Source: Octopus sinensis
Lineage: Eukaryota
Assembly (NCBI RefSeq): GCF_006345805.1
Contig: NW_021832854.1
Coordinates: 1-64,000, forward strand
DNA: 64,000 nucleotides
Direction: 5' to 3'
Shown: piece after piece, positions 25,355 to 35,159 of the stretch
Position numbering within the stretch: the first letter of the stretch is position 1
How the letters are laid out: each line of letters starts with the position of its first letter
Made by a program: the position numbers and the translations under genes
The notes under the pieces: model-generated
The model's input: only the letters and a program-made list of their open reading frames with translations
Told to the model about the DNA's origin: nothing
The model's database searches: none

Positions 25355-28259
25355 TTAAATGGATGCCCAGAAGACGATCCGCAAGGAAAAGAAGGGTCTG
25401 GAGACTAATAGATCCTGCAAATGGACAGAGATTTAGAGACATATTACTCAGAGCCTTTGATGAAATAGAAGGGGATATAGCTTCACATGGTATAGAAGAC
25501 AACTGGAGGTTCCTACGGGACAACCTGCTTAGGGCCATTGACCAGCTTTCAGTCGAGAGGGGATGGTGCAAAGTCCCCTCTCGACCCAAAATAACATAGT
25601 GGTGGAACAATGTTGTTGACAAGGCTATTAGACAATAGAAACAGGCTTGGAAGGACTGGAAGAATGGTGGTAGCAGGGAAGTGTATCAGACTGCTAGAAG
25701 GGAAACTAGGAGGCAGGTTTATTTAGCCAGAGGGGAAGCAGATAAGAAAAAATTTGCCAATATTATGCACCTTAAGGACCAAAGACTTGACATATTTCGT
25801 GTTGCAAGACAGTGTGTGAGAGAGAATCATGATGTGGTAGGAGAGAAAAGTGTTCGCATGGATGATGGTTCATTTGCACTAAATGAGGATGCAAAGAGAG
25901 AGGTTTGGAGACGCCACTATGAAAGGTTGCTGAATAAAGAAAATGAATGGGATAAAGAGAGTCTGCTGAATGTCGACCCAACAGAGGGACCAGCTATCCG
26001 AGTTGACAGTTCCTTGGTAGTTATAGCAATTAGAAGCATGAAGACAGGGAAAGCCCCAGGCCCATCAGGAATTACTGCAGATATGCTCAAAATATCTGGC
26101 AGTGTCGGCTATAGCCTAGTCACTCGTATAGTTAACCAGGTGATACATGAAGGAGTCATACCCAATGACTGGTGTAGCAGCATAATAGTCAACTGCTACA
26201 AAGGTAAAGGTGACGCTTTAGATACAAATAATTACAGAGGTCTCAAGCTGTTGCATCAGGTAATGAAGGTTACAGAGAGAGTCGTAGCCCAACTGATTAG
26301 GGAGAGAGTTAGCTTGGATGAGATGCAGTTTGGTTTCATGCCAGGGAAAAGCACCACTGATGCCATATTTCTGGTAAGACAGCTGCAGGAGAAATACTTA
26401 GCCAAAGATAAGCCCCTGTACCTGGCTTTCGTTGACATGGAGAAAGCCTTTGACAGGGTCCCCCGATCCCTTATCTGGTGGTCAATGAGGAAACTAGGGA
26501 TAGATAAATGGTTAGTGAGAGCTGTGCGAGCCATGTACAGGGATGCTGTAAGTAAGGTAAGGGTTGGCAACGAGTACACTGAAGAATTCAAGGTAGAGGT
26601 AGGGGTCCACCAGGGTTCAGTCCTCAGCCCCTTCCTATTTATCATAGTCCTCCAGGCAATAACGGAGGAATTCAAGACTGGGTGCCCCTGGGAGCTCCTC
26701 AATGCTGACGACCTTGCTCTAATTGCTGAGTCACTATCAGAACTAGAGGAGAAGTTTCAAGTGTGGAAACAAAGATTAGAATCGAAGGGCCTTAGAATCA
26801 ACCTAGCTAAAACCAAAATCCTAATAAGTAGTAAGGCAGGCAATCCACAAATCCCTGCTCGATCTGTAGTAGAGGCATAGGTAGAAACTCTATAAGATGT
26901 ACCCAGTGTAAGCTATGGACACATAAGAGGTGCAGTAATATCAAAGGAAGGCTAACTGGGAAGATAGCTTTTGTATGTGACAGATGCTCGGGTGCAATAA
27001 ACACTGACAATGCACAGATACCAACTTCCGCCACATTCAAGAGAGAAAAACTAGAAGTATTTGATAGCTTACATTACCTCGGTGGCCAAGTCAGTAGCGG
27101 AGGAGGGTGCGCTGAAAGTGTAGCTGCTAGAATAAGAATAGCTTGGGCAAAGTTCAGAGAGCTATTACCTCTGCTGGTGACAAAGGGCCTGTCGCTCAGA
27201 GTAAAAGGTAGGCTGCATGATGCATGTGTACGAACAGCCATGCTACATGGCAGTGAAACATGGGCTGTAACTGCTGAGGACATGCGTAAGCTCGCAAAGA
27301 ATGAAGCCAGTATGATCCTATGAATGTGTAATGTTAGTGTAAGTACCTTGAGAGAAAAGTTGGACCTAAGAGGCATTAGATGTGGTGTGCATGAGAGACG
27401 ACTGCTCTGTTATGGTCATGTGGTGAGAATAGATGAGGATAACTGTGTGAAAAAGTACCACATCCTAGCAGTTGAGGGAACCTGTGGAAGATGTAGACCC
27501 AGGAAGACCTGGGATGAAGTGGTGAAGCATGACCTTCAAACATTAGCCCTCACCAAGGAAATGACTAGCGATCGAGACTTTTGGAAATATGCTGTGCTTG
27601 AGAAGACTCGGCAAGCCAAATGAGACCATAACCTGTGGCCTTTGCCAGGAGCATAACCAGCCCGCTTATACATACCTTTTCTTTCTTTGGTCACTAAACT
27701 CTGCTTGCGAAGACCTGTTGAGGCAAGTGAAATCAAAACCAAAATCAATTCGATGACTGGCATCCGTGCTAGCGGGGTGCAAAAAGCACCATACAAGTGT
27801 GATCGTTGACAGCAGCTAACCAGCTTCCATGCCAGTGGCACATAAAAGGGCACCATTTGAGTATGATCGTTACCAGTGTTGCCTTACTGGCACTTGTGCA
27901 TGTGCTAGTAGGGTACCAATCCAAGCGTGATCGTTGCCAGAGCAGCCAACTGGCTTCCGTACCTGTGGCACGTAAAAGGACACCATTCGAGCGTGATCGT
28001 TACCAACATCGCTTCACTGGCACGTGTAAAAAGATTCGAGCGAGGTCGTTGCCAGTACCGCCTGACTGGCCCCCATGCCGGTGGCATGTAAAAAGCACCC
28101 ACTACACTCTCGGAGTGGTTGGCATTAGGAAGGGCACCCAGCTGTAGAAACTCTGCCCGATCAAGATTGGAGCCTGGTGCAGCCATCTGGTTTGCCAGCC
28201 CTCAGTCAAAATCATCCAACTCATGCTAGCATGGAAAGTGGACGTTAAACGATGATGAT
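25355..28259 (+). mobile_element. 5'-truncated RTE-clade LINE with long repetitive 3' UTR and (GAT)n tail
   Basis: RT motifs KAPGPSG, NYRGLKLL, QFGFMPGKSTTDAIF, FVDMEKAFDRV, GVHQGSVLSPFLF, (Y>N)ADD and the RTE C-terminus RPRKTW, interrupted by stops and frameshifts; ends ggacgttaaacgatgatgat. Confidence 0.95.
25681..26880 (+). pseudogene. Largest open fragment of the RTE reverse transcriptase
   Basis: 399-aa ORF with RT subdomains; the catalytic YADD reads NADD and the frame is broken on both sides. Confidence 0.9.
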
Positions 28260-28907
28260 TTTCTTTCTCATTGTAATTTCATTACTTATTTTGTGTATTT
28301 ACAATTTGTCTATATTTTTTAAAAAAGCACTATTTTATCCCCAAAATAACCTTAATGTTTTTGCTTCCTCAACTCATTTATGAAATGTTCATTTCTTATA
28401 TGCTGAATCTTAATTTAATTTTTGCCACTGACTTGTTTTGACTTTGGTTGTCATGTGTAATAAAATTATTTTAATATAATTCTCTCTAAACTATTGATGT
28501 TGGCTGTCAATAATAATATTTTCAGCTGAGTTTGCCACCAGTGTTCTTATGAATTCCTTATTGTTACACAGTTAAACTATTTGTAGCTTACTGCTTTCTT
28601 TGTAAGTTCTTCTTTTAAACAAAATCAACGCTTACTTTGTTATGATTTAAAAGATGTCTAAATATGAGAAGGTCTTGGTTTATACAATTTATCAGAGCTC
28701 TTTCTCTCTCCCACTTCATTCTCTCACACTGTATTTATGTGGTTGTATGTGTGTGCTGATTGGTTGAGTCAGTAGTCTCCTTGGTAAAACAGAAAAAGCA
28801 AAACATAATAATAAAGGTATCAGTAATATACTGGACAGTAATTTGTTATTTTATTGTTGTTGTTGTGTGAGATTTGTAAATCACAAGGTTAATCTTGTAC
28901 TATATAT

Positions 28908-29940
28908 CAGGGGCGTGCACTCTCAGGTATGCAAGGTATGCGTTGCATGCCCTGTGATTTTTTTATCCATATGATCGGAAAATTAGATAAAATAGTTACT
29001 TTGTTTCAAAGAAAAATCCGTCCAGTTGTATTTTGTCTCCCCTTCCCTCTCAGTGACTCTACTTCTGCTTTTAGAAGTCATGCATTGACAAAACCAGACA
29101 CTCCCTTTCTGTCTCAGTTTGTCCTTCCTTCCTCTCTCTCTCTCTCTCTTAGTGACTGTTTAAAAGACATGCTAAGAGGATAGGGCATTTGAAATATTTA
29201 TACCCCCTTCCTCTTTCTCTTAGTGGCTCATCATGCTGTGGGGAGACCCGCATGACCTCCCTCTCTGTCTCTTAGTTTGTCCCTCCTTCCTCTCTCTCTC
29301 TTAGTGAATTGATAAAACAGATGCTAGGAGGAAAGGTCCTTCATAATATTTTGTACCCCCTTCCTCTCTCTCTCAGTGGCATGTCATGCTATGAGCTGAC
29401 CGCATGATACCCACTTTCTGTATCTTTCTGTTTTGTTGAAATTGACTTACAATTTACGCAGGCGCAACAGCCTTTTACGAAATAAGTGAAATGTGTGTTA
29501 TAAACGATATTTTGAGAAATAGTTTTTCGAAAGGAGAATTCGAGGGAAAATAATTAATTATAAATGGTGGGAGACCAACACCGAAAAGGGCTAATGCATT
29601 AGATAACATTGTTAAAAAAACGATTTCCGAAGTCAACAGCAATGGAATTACTCCTCACGGCTTATTATTACCATAAAGAAAAATTATAATTTCATAATCA
29701 GCCTTTTTGAGCACATCATTGAAAATCCTGAAGCATGGGATGATACCACCATAAATTCAGCAATTGTATTCTTTCACACTTTAAAAGCTCCTGATTTCTT
29801 ATTTTTGTTAGAAGTATTCAGTGAGATTTTTTTCTTATTTAACATCCTCCAGAGTAAAAGTCATGACATAGTGTATTGTAAAGATCAAATAGATAAAACT
29901 AGAACTGTACTTGAAAACAAACTTGATAATTTTTCAATCT
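28908..29940 (+). mobile_element. Internally deleted hAT (Tip100/ZMYM1-like) fragment, right end not found
   Basis: Left terminus CAGGGGCGTGCAC. Peptides DILRNSFSKGEFEGK*LIINGGRPTP and FEHIIENPEAWDDTTINSAIVFFHTLKAPDFLFLLEVFSEIFFLFNILQSKSHDIVYCKDQI resemble Tip100-type transposases. Confidence 0.6.
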
Positions 29941-29949
29941 CTTTTACTC

Positions 29950-30047
29950 TTTTACTTGTTTCAGTCATTCGACTGCGGCCATGCTGGAGCACCGCCTTTA
30001 ATCGAGCAACTCGACCTCCGGACTTATTCTTTTGTAAGCCCAGCCCC
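29950..30047 (-). mobile_element. SINE 3' body fragment
   Basis: ttttacttgtttcagtcattcgactgcggccatgctggagcaccgcc, near-identical to 40642-40742. Confidence 0.75.
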
Positions 30048-30069
30048 GGAAGTCACCGGACACACACAC

Positions 30070-30400
30070 AAATAACCCTAAAGCATTATTTCCAAATTTC
30101 TGAGCCATAAGCAAAGATGGCCTTGATGTTAGCATTGAAGATGCAGAGTTCTGTTATGAATAGGGTGGGCTTGGAGTTCCAGACTGGTCAAATACTATTG
30201 AAAGCGTACTGAAGGCTCTGGCAGTCCTGGATCTCACATCCAATTCTGTTCCAGCTGTCTTTGAAATGTTACTGTCTATATACTCAAGCTTTTCAGTTTC
30301 TGGAAAGGGTTCAATACCAATTTGAATTGGTTCCTGGTAACAGGTGTTTAGCCTCAAAATTTCCATCTTGTTCTGGTTCATAGAGGCCTGTTTCCATTGA
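30070..30400 (-). pseudogene. Fragment of a second RTE family (post-YADD region)
   Basis: MNQNKMEILRLNTCYQEPIQIGIEPFPETEKLEYIDSNISKTAGTELDVRSR, then shifted TKLCIFNANIKAIFAYGSEIW, matches RTE IN..KT....F.YLGS.I...D...RI and L.YG.E.W. Confidence 0.75.
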
Positions 30401-30695
30401 CTCTTCAGTTTGACTTTATGACTTTGGGCTGCATCTCCTGCAACCACTTACTAAGATCAAAATCCCTCAGCTTTGTTCACATCATTTGCAATTGATATGT
30501 CCTTAATTAATTTCTCTTTTGTGAAATTAGCTTATAGATATATTTGAAAATTCTCAAAGTTTTGACCAAAACAAACTTGATCAAAAAACATACCAATCAA
30601 AATTAAAGAAGCATATTTCTACTGATGGGTAAAAAATTAAGGAGTGCGTGCATTACATAAATAATATTCTCATATTTTTTAAAATTGTATATCTA

Positions 30696-31258
30696 CTAGT
30701 GTACTGGTACCCTCAGAAATGATGGCATGAAAATGATACGGAAAATAAAATTAAAATAAAAACATGTCAACCTTTATCTCAGTAATTGCTTCAACACCAT
30801 GTTTCTCGTGAAAACCCTACCAACAATGAGTTCGCTTTGTTTTGGATAACCTGTTTCATTATTAACCATTATTCTTCTTTTCTTCTCTTTGATGTTCTCT
30901 TTCGATTTCTCTCCTTTGTGCTGCTTCCTCTTCCATTTCATCTTGTCACCTTTGCGATGCTCTTGTTCTTAGATATTCTCTCCTCACTGCTGTTTGCTCT
31001 TCTGTTTCATCTTGGCACTTTTGTGCTGCTCTCTCTCTCTCTCTCTTTGGATATCCCTCCTTTGTGCAGTTAGGTGCTCCTTTTTATTTCGACGTCTTTG
31101 AGCCTGTCTTCTTGTGCTTGTCTCACTTTTTGTGATTTATTTGATAACCTTAATGTATTGTTTAATCTTCTTGAATCCAGTTCTTCCTGAGTGAGACTGG
31201 CTGTTCTTCGCCTTTGTCTCTCTCTGGCTAACCATCACGTTCTGTCTGATTTATTCTC
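30696..31258 (-). mobile_element. Internally deleted Helitron remnant (3' CTAG, hairpin, N-terminal E/R-rich repeat coding region)
   Basis: The minus strand ends gccatcatttctgagggt (decayed hairpin)-accagtacaCTAG|T. The body encodes ETEEQTAVRRE, EMEEEAAQRREIERE and RERQRRRTASLTQEE, resembling the N-terminal repeats of Helitron RepHel proteins. Confidence 0.5.
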
Positions 31259-31487
31259 CGGGGCTAATGTAGAATAGCACCTCTCCTAGAAAAATGTCTA
31301 TTTTTGAAAAACTTTTTTCGACGTCTTTGAGCCTGTCTTCTTGTGCTTGTCTCACTTTTTGTGATTTATTTGATAACCTTAATGTATTGTTTAATCTTCT
31401 TGAATCCAGTTCTTCCTGAGTGAGACTGGCTGTTCTTCGCCTTTGTCTCTCTCTGGCTAACCATCACGTTCTGTCTGATTTATTCTC
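31086..31487. repeat. Identical 173-bp direct duplication (31086-31258 / 31315-31487, period 229)
   Basis: No mismatch seen. The following segment ctctcctagaaaaatgtctatttttgaaaaacttttt is also duplicated. Confidence 0.95.
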
Positions 31488-31625
31488 TCCTAGAAAAATG
31501 TCTATTTTTGAAAAACTTTTTCTGCATTCCTACGTTTTAGATGTCGGAGGTTACAAATTTTATTTCACCCCACCACCAATTTAAAATTTCGAACTTTTTT
31601 GAAATTTTTTTCCTATGCTTTAGAT

Positions 31626-34011
31626 CAGTGATTCCCAAGGTGGGGGCGTACGCCCCACTGGTGGGGCCTGAGAAAATTCAGGTGGGGCGCGGGGCATAGA
31701 CGTGGGCTGTGAAAATATTTGTACATGACGAGCGGTCATCGCGGGCACAACCTTAGATTCCGTCTTTCCTTTGAAGCCTCCACATCGGAAACTCTCGCAC
31801 CCCAGCGAGACAAAGAAGATCCCGCACTGAGCAATAAACTTACTATTCAGATAAGCCAATCAATTGCCTCAATTAGTTTGCCTCAATTAGTCTTTTGTTA
31901 GCCCTATTGAAAATGAGCAAACCAAACAAGAAGAAGACTCGTCAATACGCGGTGGAGTTTTTGAAGTTTGGATTCATTCCTGATGAGCATGATGAGCGTA
32001 AACCGTTTTGCTTATTATGTAATCAGACGATGAGCAATGAGTCAATGAAGGCAGGTAGGCTGGAAGCGCACTTAAAGGTAAGACATTCTAATAATTCTAA
32101 TTTAGATTTGGAATACTTCAAATCATTGAAAGAAAAATTTAAAAACCGAACAAAACTCACTTCACTATTTCATGCAAAACAAGCGCCTCATACTCGTGCC
32201 CTTGAAGCCAGCTACGAAATCTCCTTGCTTATAGCAAAACATGGAAAGAATCACACTATTGGAGAGCAACTGATTAAACCTGCTATCTCAATATTCTTAA
32301 AAACTGTATTACAAAAAGATGATGGAGATATCAGGACTATGCCACTCAGTAATAACACTGTCTCGAACAGAATAGATGAAATGGGGCAAGATGTTGAAAG
32401 CCAGCTCATTGAGAAATTAAAATTGCGTAAGTTTTCATTACAAATGGACGAATCCACAATCCGGGACAGTGAGGCTCTGTTATTGACTTATGTGAGGTAT
32501 ATTGACCACGAGGAGTTTCAGGAAGAGATGCTGTTCTGCGAATCGTTTGAAACCACCACAACTGCAAATGATATTTACATCAAAATCAAACATTATTTGG
32601 ATGCAAACAAAATACCAAAGGAAAACTTACTGGCATGTGCGGCAGACGGTGCACCTGCCATGATGGGCAAGAATACGGGATGCTTAAAAATGATGAAGGA
32701 TGAAAATCCAAACATGTTGACTGTCCATTGTGTAATACACCGAGAAAACTTGGTTGCCAAGAAATTGTCCCCTGTTCTTAACAAGATTCTTCAAAGTGTG
32801 ATCAAGTGTGTCAAAAAGAAATTCTAAATTTAAAAGAAATTCTAAATCTGAACGTCTTTTTAAGCAGTTTTGTATAAATCAAAGTGCCGAACATGTTCGA
32901 TTATTGCTTCATACAGAAGTAAGATGGCTATCAAGTGGAAACTGCTTAAAGAGGTTCATGGAATTATTTGATCAGATTAACGACTTTCTTAGTGATAAAT
33001 GTGAAATGAAATTGCTGTCAACAACGGATGGAAAAGCATTTGTCAGTTATTTGACAGACATATTTGAGAAACTTGGAAACTTGAATAAACAACTTCAAGG
33101 TGCAAACATGACACTTATTGATGCAAAAGCAAAGATTTTTGGATTTATTACAGCTCTCGAATTATGGAAAAAGAAATTTTCCAAAAGAAATTTCAGTGAA
33201 CTTTACTGGTTGAGTAAATGTGAAATAACGAATGATGCTGGCATTGTAATTATTGATCATTTAAATATCTTGATAAAGGATTTCAATGACAGATTTTGCG
33301 ATTTAAAGGCAATGAATTTTCCTTCTTGGTTAACTCAACCGCTTCTGATTAACGTTTCTGATGCTACAATCCAATACCAAGAAGAGTTATCAGAATTACA
33401 ACATGATGAATCAGTGAAGACTTTGTTTAAATTGAAAGGTACAAAGATGTGGCTATATGACGAGGTTGAAAGAAAATATCCTAAAATTTCTACATCAGCG
33501 AGAGAGCTACTGATTCCTTTCCCTTCGTCTTATTTGGTCGAATGTGGTTTTAGTGCAGTTGATAATTTGCTCGAAGCCAAGAGAAACTGGCTTGAGATTA
33601 CAAAACGTGGCGATTTACGACTGAAATTAACAAAGTTGTCTCCTCAAATTAAAAACTTGTGCTGTATGCATCAGGCACAGGGTTCTCACTAAATTAGTCA
33701 AGCTGACCGTCAAATAATTGAACTGAAAAAACGTGTTTCTTTATTCTTTATAAATTGACATTTTTTAAAAACATGAGAAATCGTAATAATTTTATCGATT
33801 TATTGGGTGTTATGCACTTTCAGTGCCTGTTGTTTCAATTCTCAAACTATTTTTTTGTATTTTAAATACAATTTTTTAATTTTTGATTTTTTTTCAATTG
33901 TAAGTAGGCCCACATGTACTTGTAAATGTGAGTGGACATGGGAAAAGGTGGGGCGTAAAAACTTTTGCTATGAAAAAGTGGGGCGCCGGGAAAAAAGGTT
34001 GGGAAACACTG
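31626..34011 (+). mobile_element. Full-length hAT transposon, Buster/Charlie subfamily
   Basis: TIRs CAGTGATTCCCAA / TTGGGAAACACTG (12 of 13 match), perfect 8-bp TSD CTTTAGAT at 31618-31625 and 34012-34019 (nnnTAnnn), GC-rich subterminal motifs gtggggcg. Confidence 0.97.
31913..33692 (+). pseudogene. hAT (Buster) transposase, ~590 aa, split by one +1 frameshift near 32810-32830
   Basis: BED-type zinc finger (CLLC...HLKVRH), FSLQMDEST, ADGA, HCVIH, HTEVRWLS, SYLVECGFS. ORFs 31895-32827 and 32808-33692 abut at an 18-bp tandem duplication. Confidence 0.92.
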
Positions 34012-35159
34012 CTTTAGATGATGGAGATTATGAATATGCAAGAAACCACATTTTCAAAATTTTAAATTTAATAAGCATATAGATATGTGTATAAAGAGAT
34101 AGACAGATATGAATGTCTTCCTTGGGCTAAAAACAACAGTAACCCTGTCTTTTATAGGACTGCCACATTTAGTTGACAAATATATATTTTATGAATAAAC
34201 GGATAGGGATTAATGGATAAATTTACAAATAAATAAATGGCTGAAAAAGTTCAAAATTTAGAATTGGGGGAAATTTAAAAAAATGTTTTTTGCATATTCA
34301 TAATCTCCGACATCTAAAACATAGGAATCCGGAAAAAATATTTCCAGAAAAAATGCATGTTTCAAGGAAAGGTGTGATTCTGCATTAGCCCCCATTCTCT
34401 ATAGCAGTGTGTGTGTGTACATTAGTTTGTTTATATTTCGATACGTAACCATGCAAAGCCCAAAATTACACAGGGTTACATTAATGGAATGCACACAGAG
34501 ACTTTTTTTCCAGCAACATCTACATATTCTCTATCTCTGTCTGTTTGTTTCTCTCTCTCTCTCTTTACTGCCTGAAACAGACAAAGATCTTGAAGACAAG
34601 CTTCACCGCCTTAGCAAAATTCTTCATTCATAAATATTTACAAATATCACGGTATCAGCAAGTATTTGTAAATATCTATAATTACCTTCCTTTTATATTT
34701 AGCTTTCATTAAACAGTCAATATTATCAAGCTTTCTTTCAGTAGACAATATTTTAATCCTATGACTTAAAAATTACTACTTATTTATTTATCTTATATTC
34801 AAATGAAATTGTTGTTGTGAGTGTGTGTATGTATAGATAGATAGAGAGAGAGAGAAAGAGAGAGGCAGCGTTCATCAATGAAGCAGAAAGGTTTTTGTTG
34901 AGAGAGAGAGAGAGAATTTCTTTATTCACCATAAGGTTGAGAAAAAGAGGGGACAAAACAAACGTTGGGGTCAGGGTATCGAATGAGACGAAACAAATGA
35001 ATAAACAAACAATTAAAATATATACAATTAAATGAGAATGAGTGAATAACAGAAAATGAAGCGGAGGACGCGGTTGACCCCACAAACCACATACTCACAC
35101 TGAAGACTTTGCTTTCTCCTTTTTTACATTCTCGATTAAACAGGTTCTTTCACTCGCAA

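Larger units (their letters stand above)
31260..34393. mobile_element. Non-autonomous TIR (fold-back) element hosting the hAT; superfamily unresolved
   Basis: GGGGCTAATGTAGAAT (31260) versus ATTCTGCATTAGCCCC(C) (34377-34393), long diverged inverted arms, and an imperfect flanking duplication attctcc/attctct. Confidence 0.6.

Noticed and set aside
27740-28095. CRISPR-like array (regularly spaced repeats); also 60274-60533
   Set aside because: The context is eukaryotic, the spacers are homologous to each other, the repeats are degenerate and there are no cas genes.
31895-33692. Domesticated ZBED/SCAND-type host gene
   Set aside because: Intact TIRs, a perfect TSD and a frameshift show it is a transposon copy.
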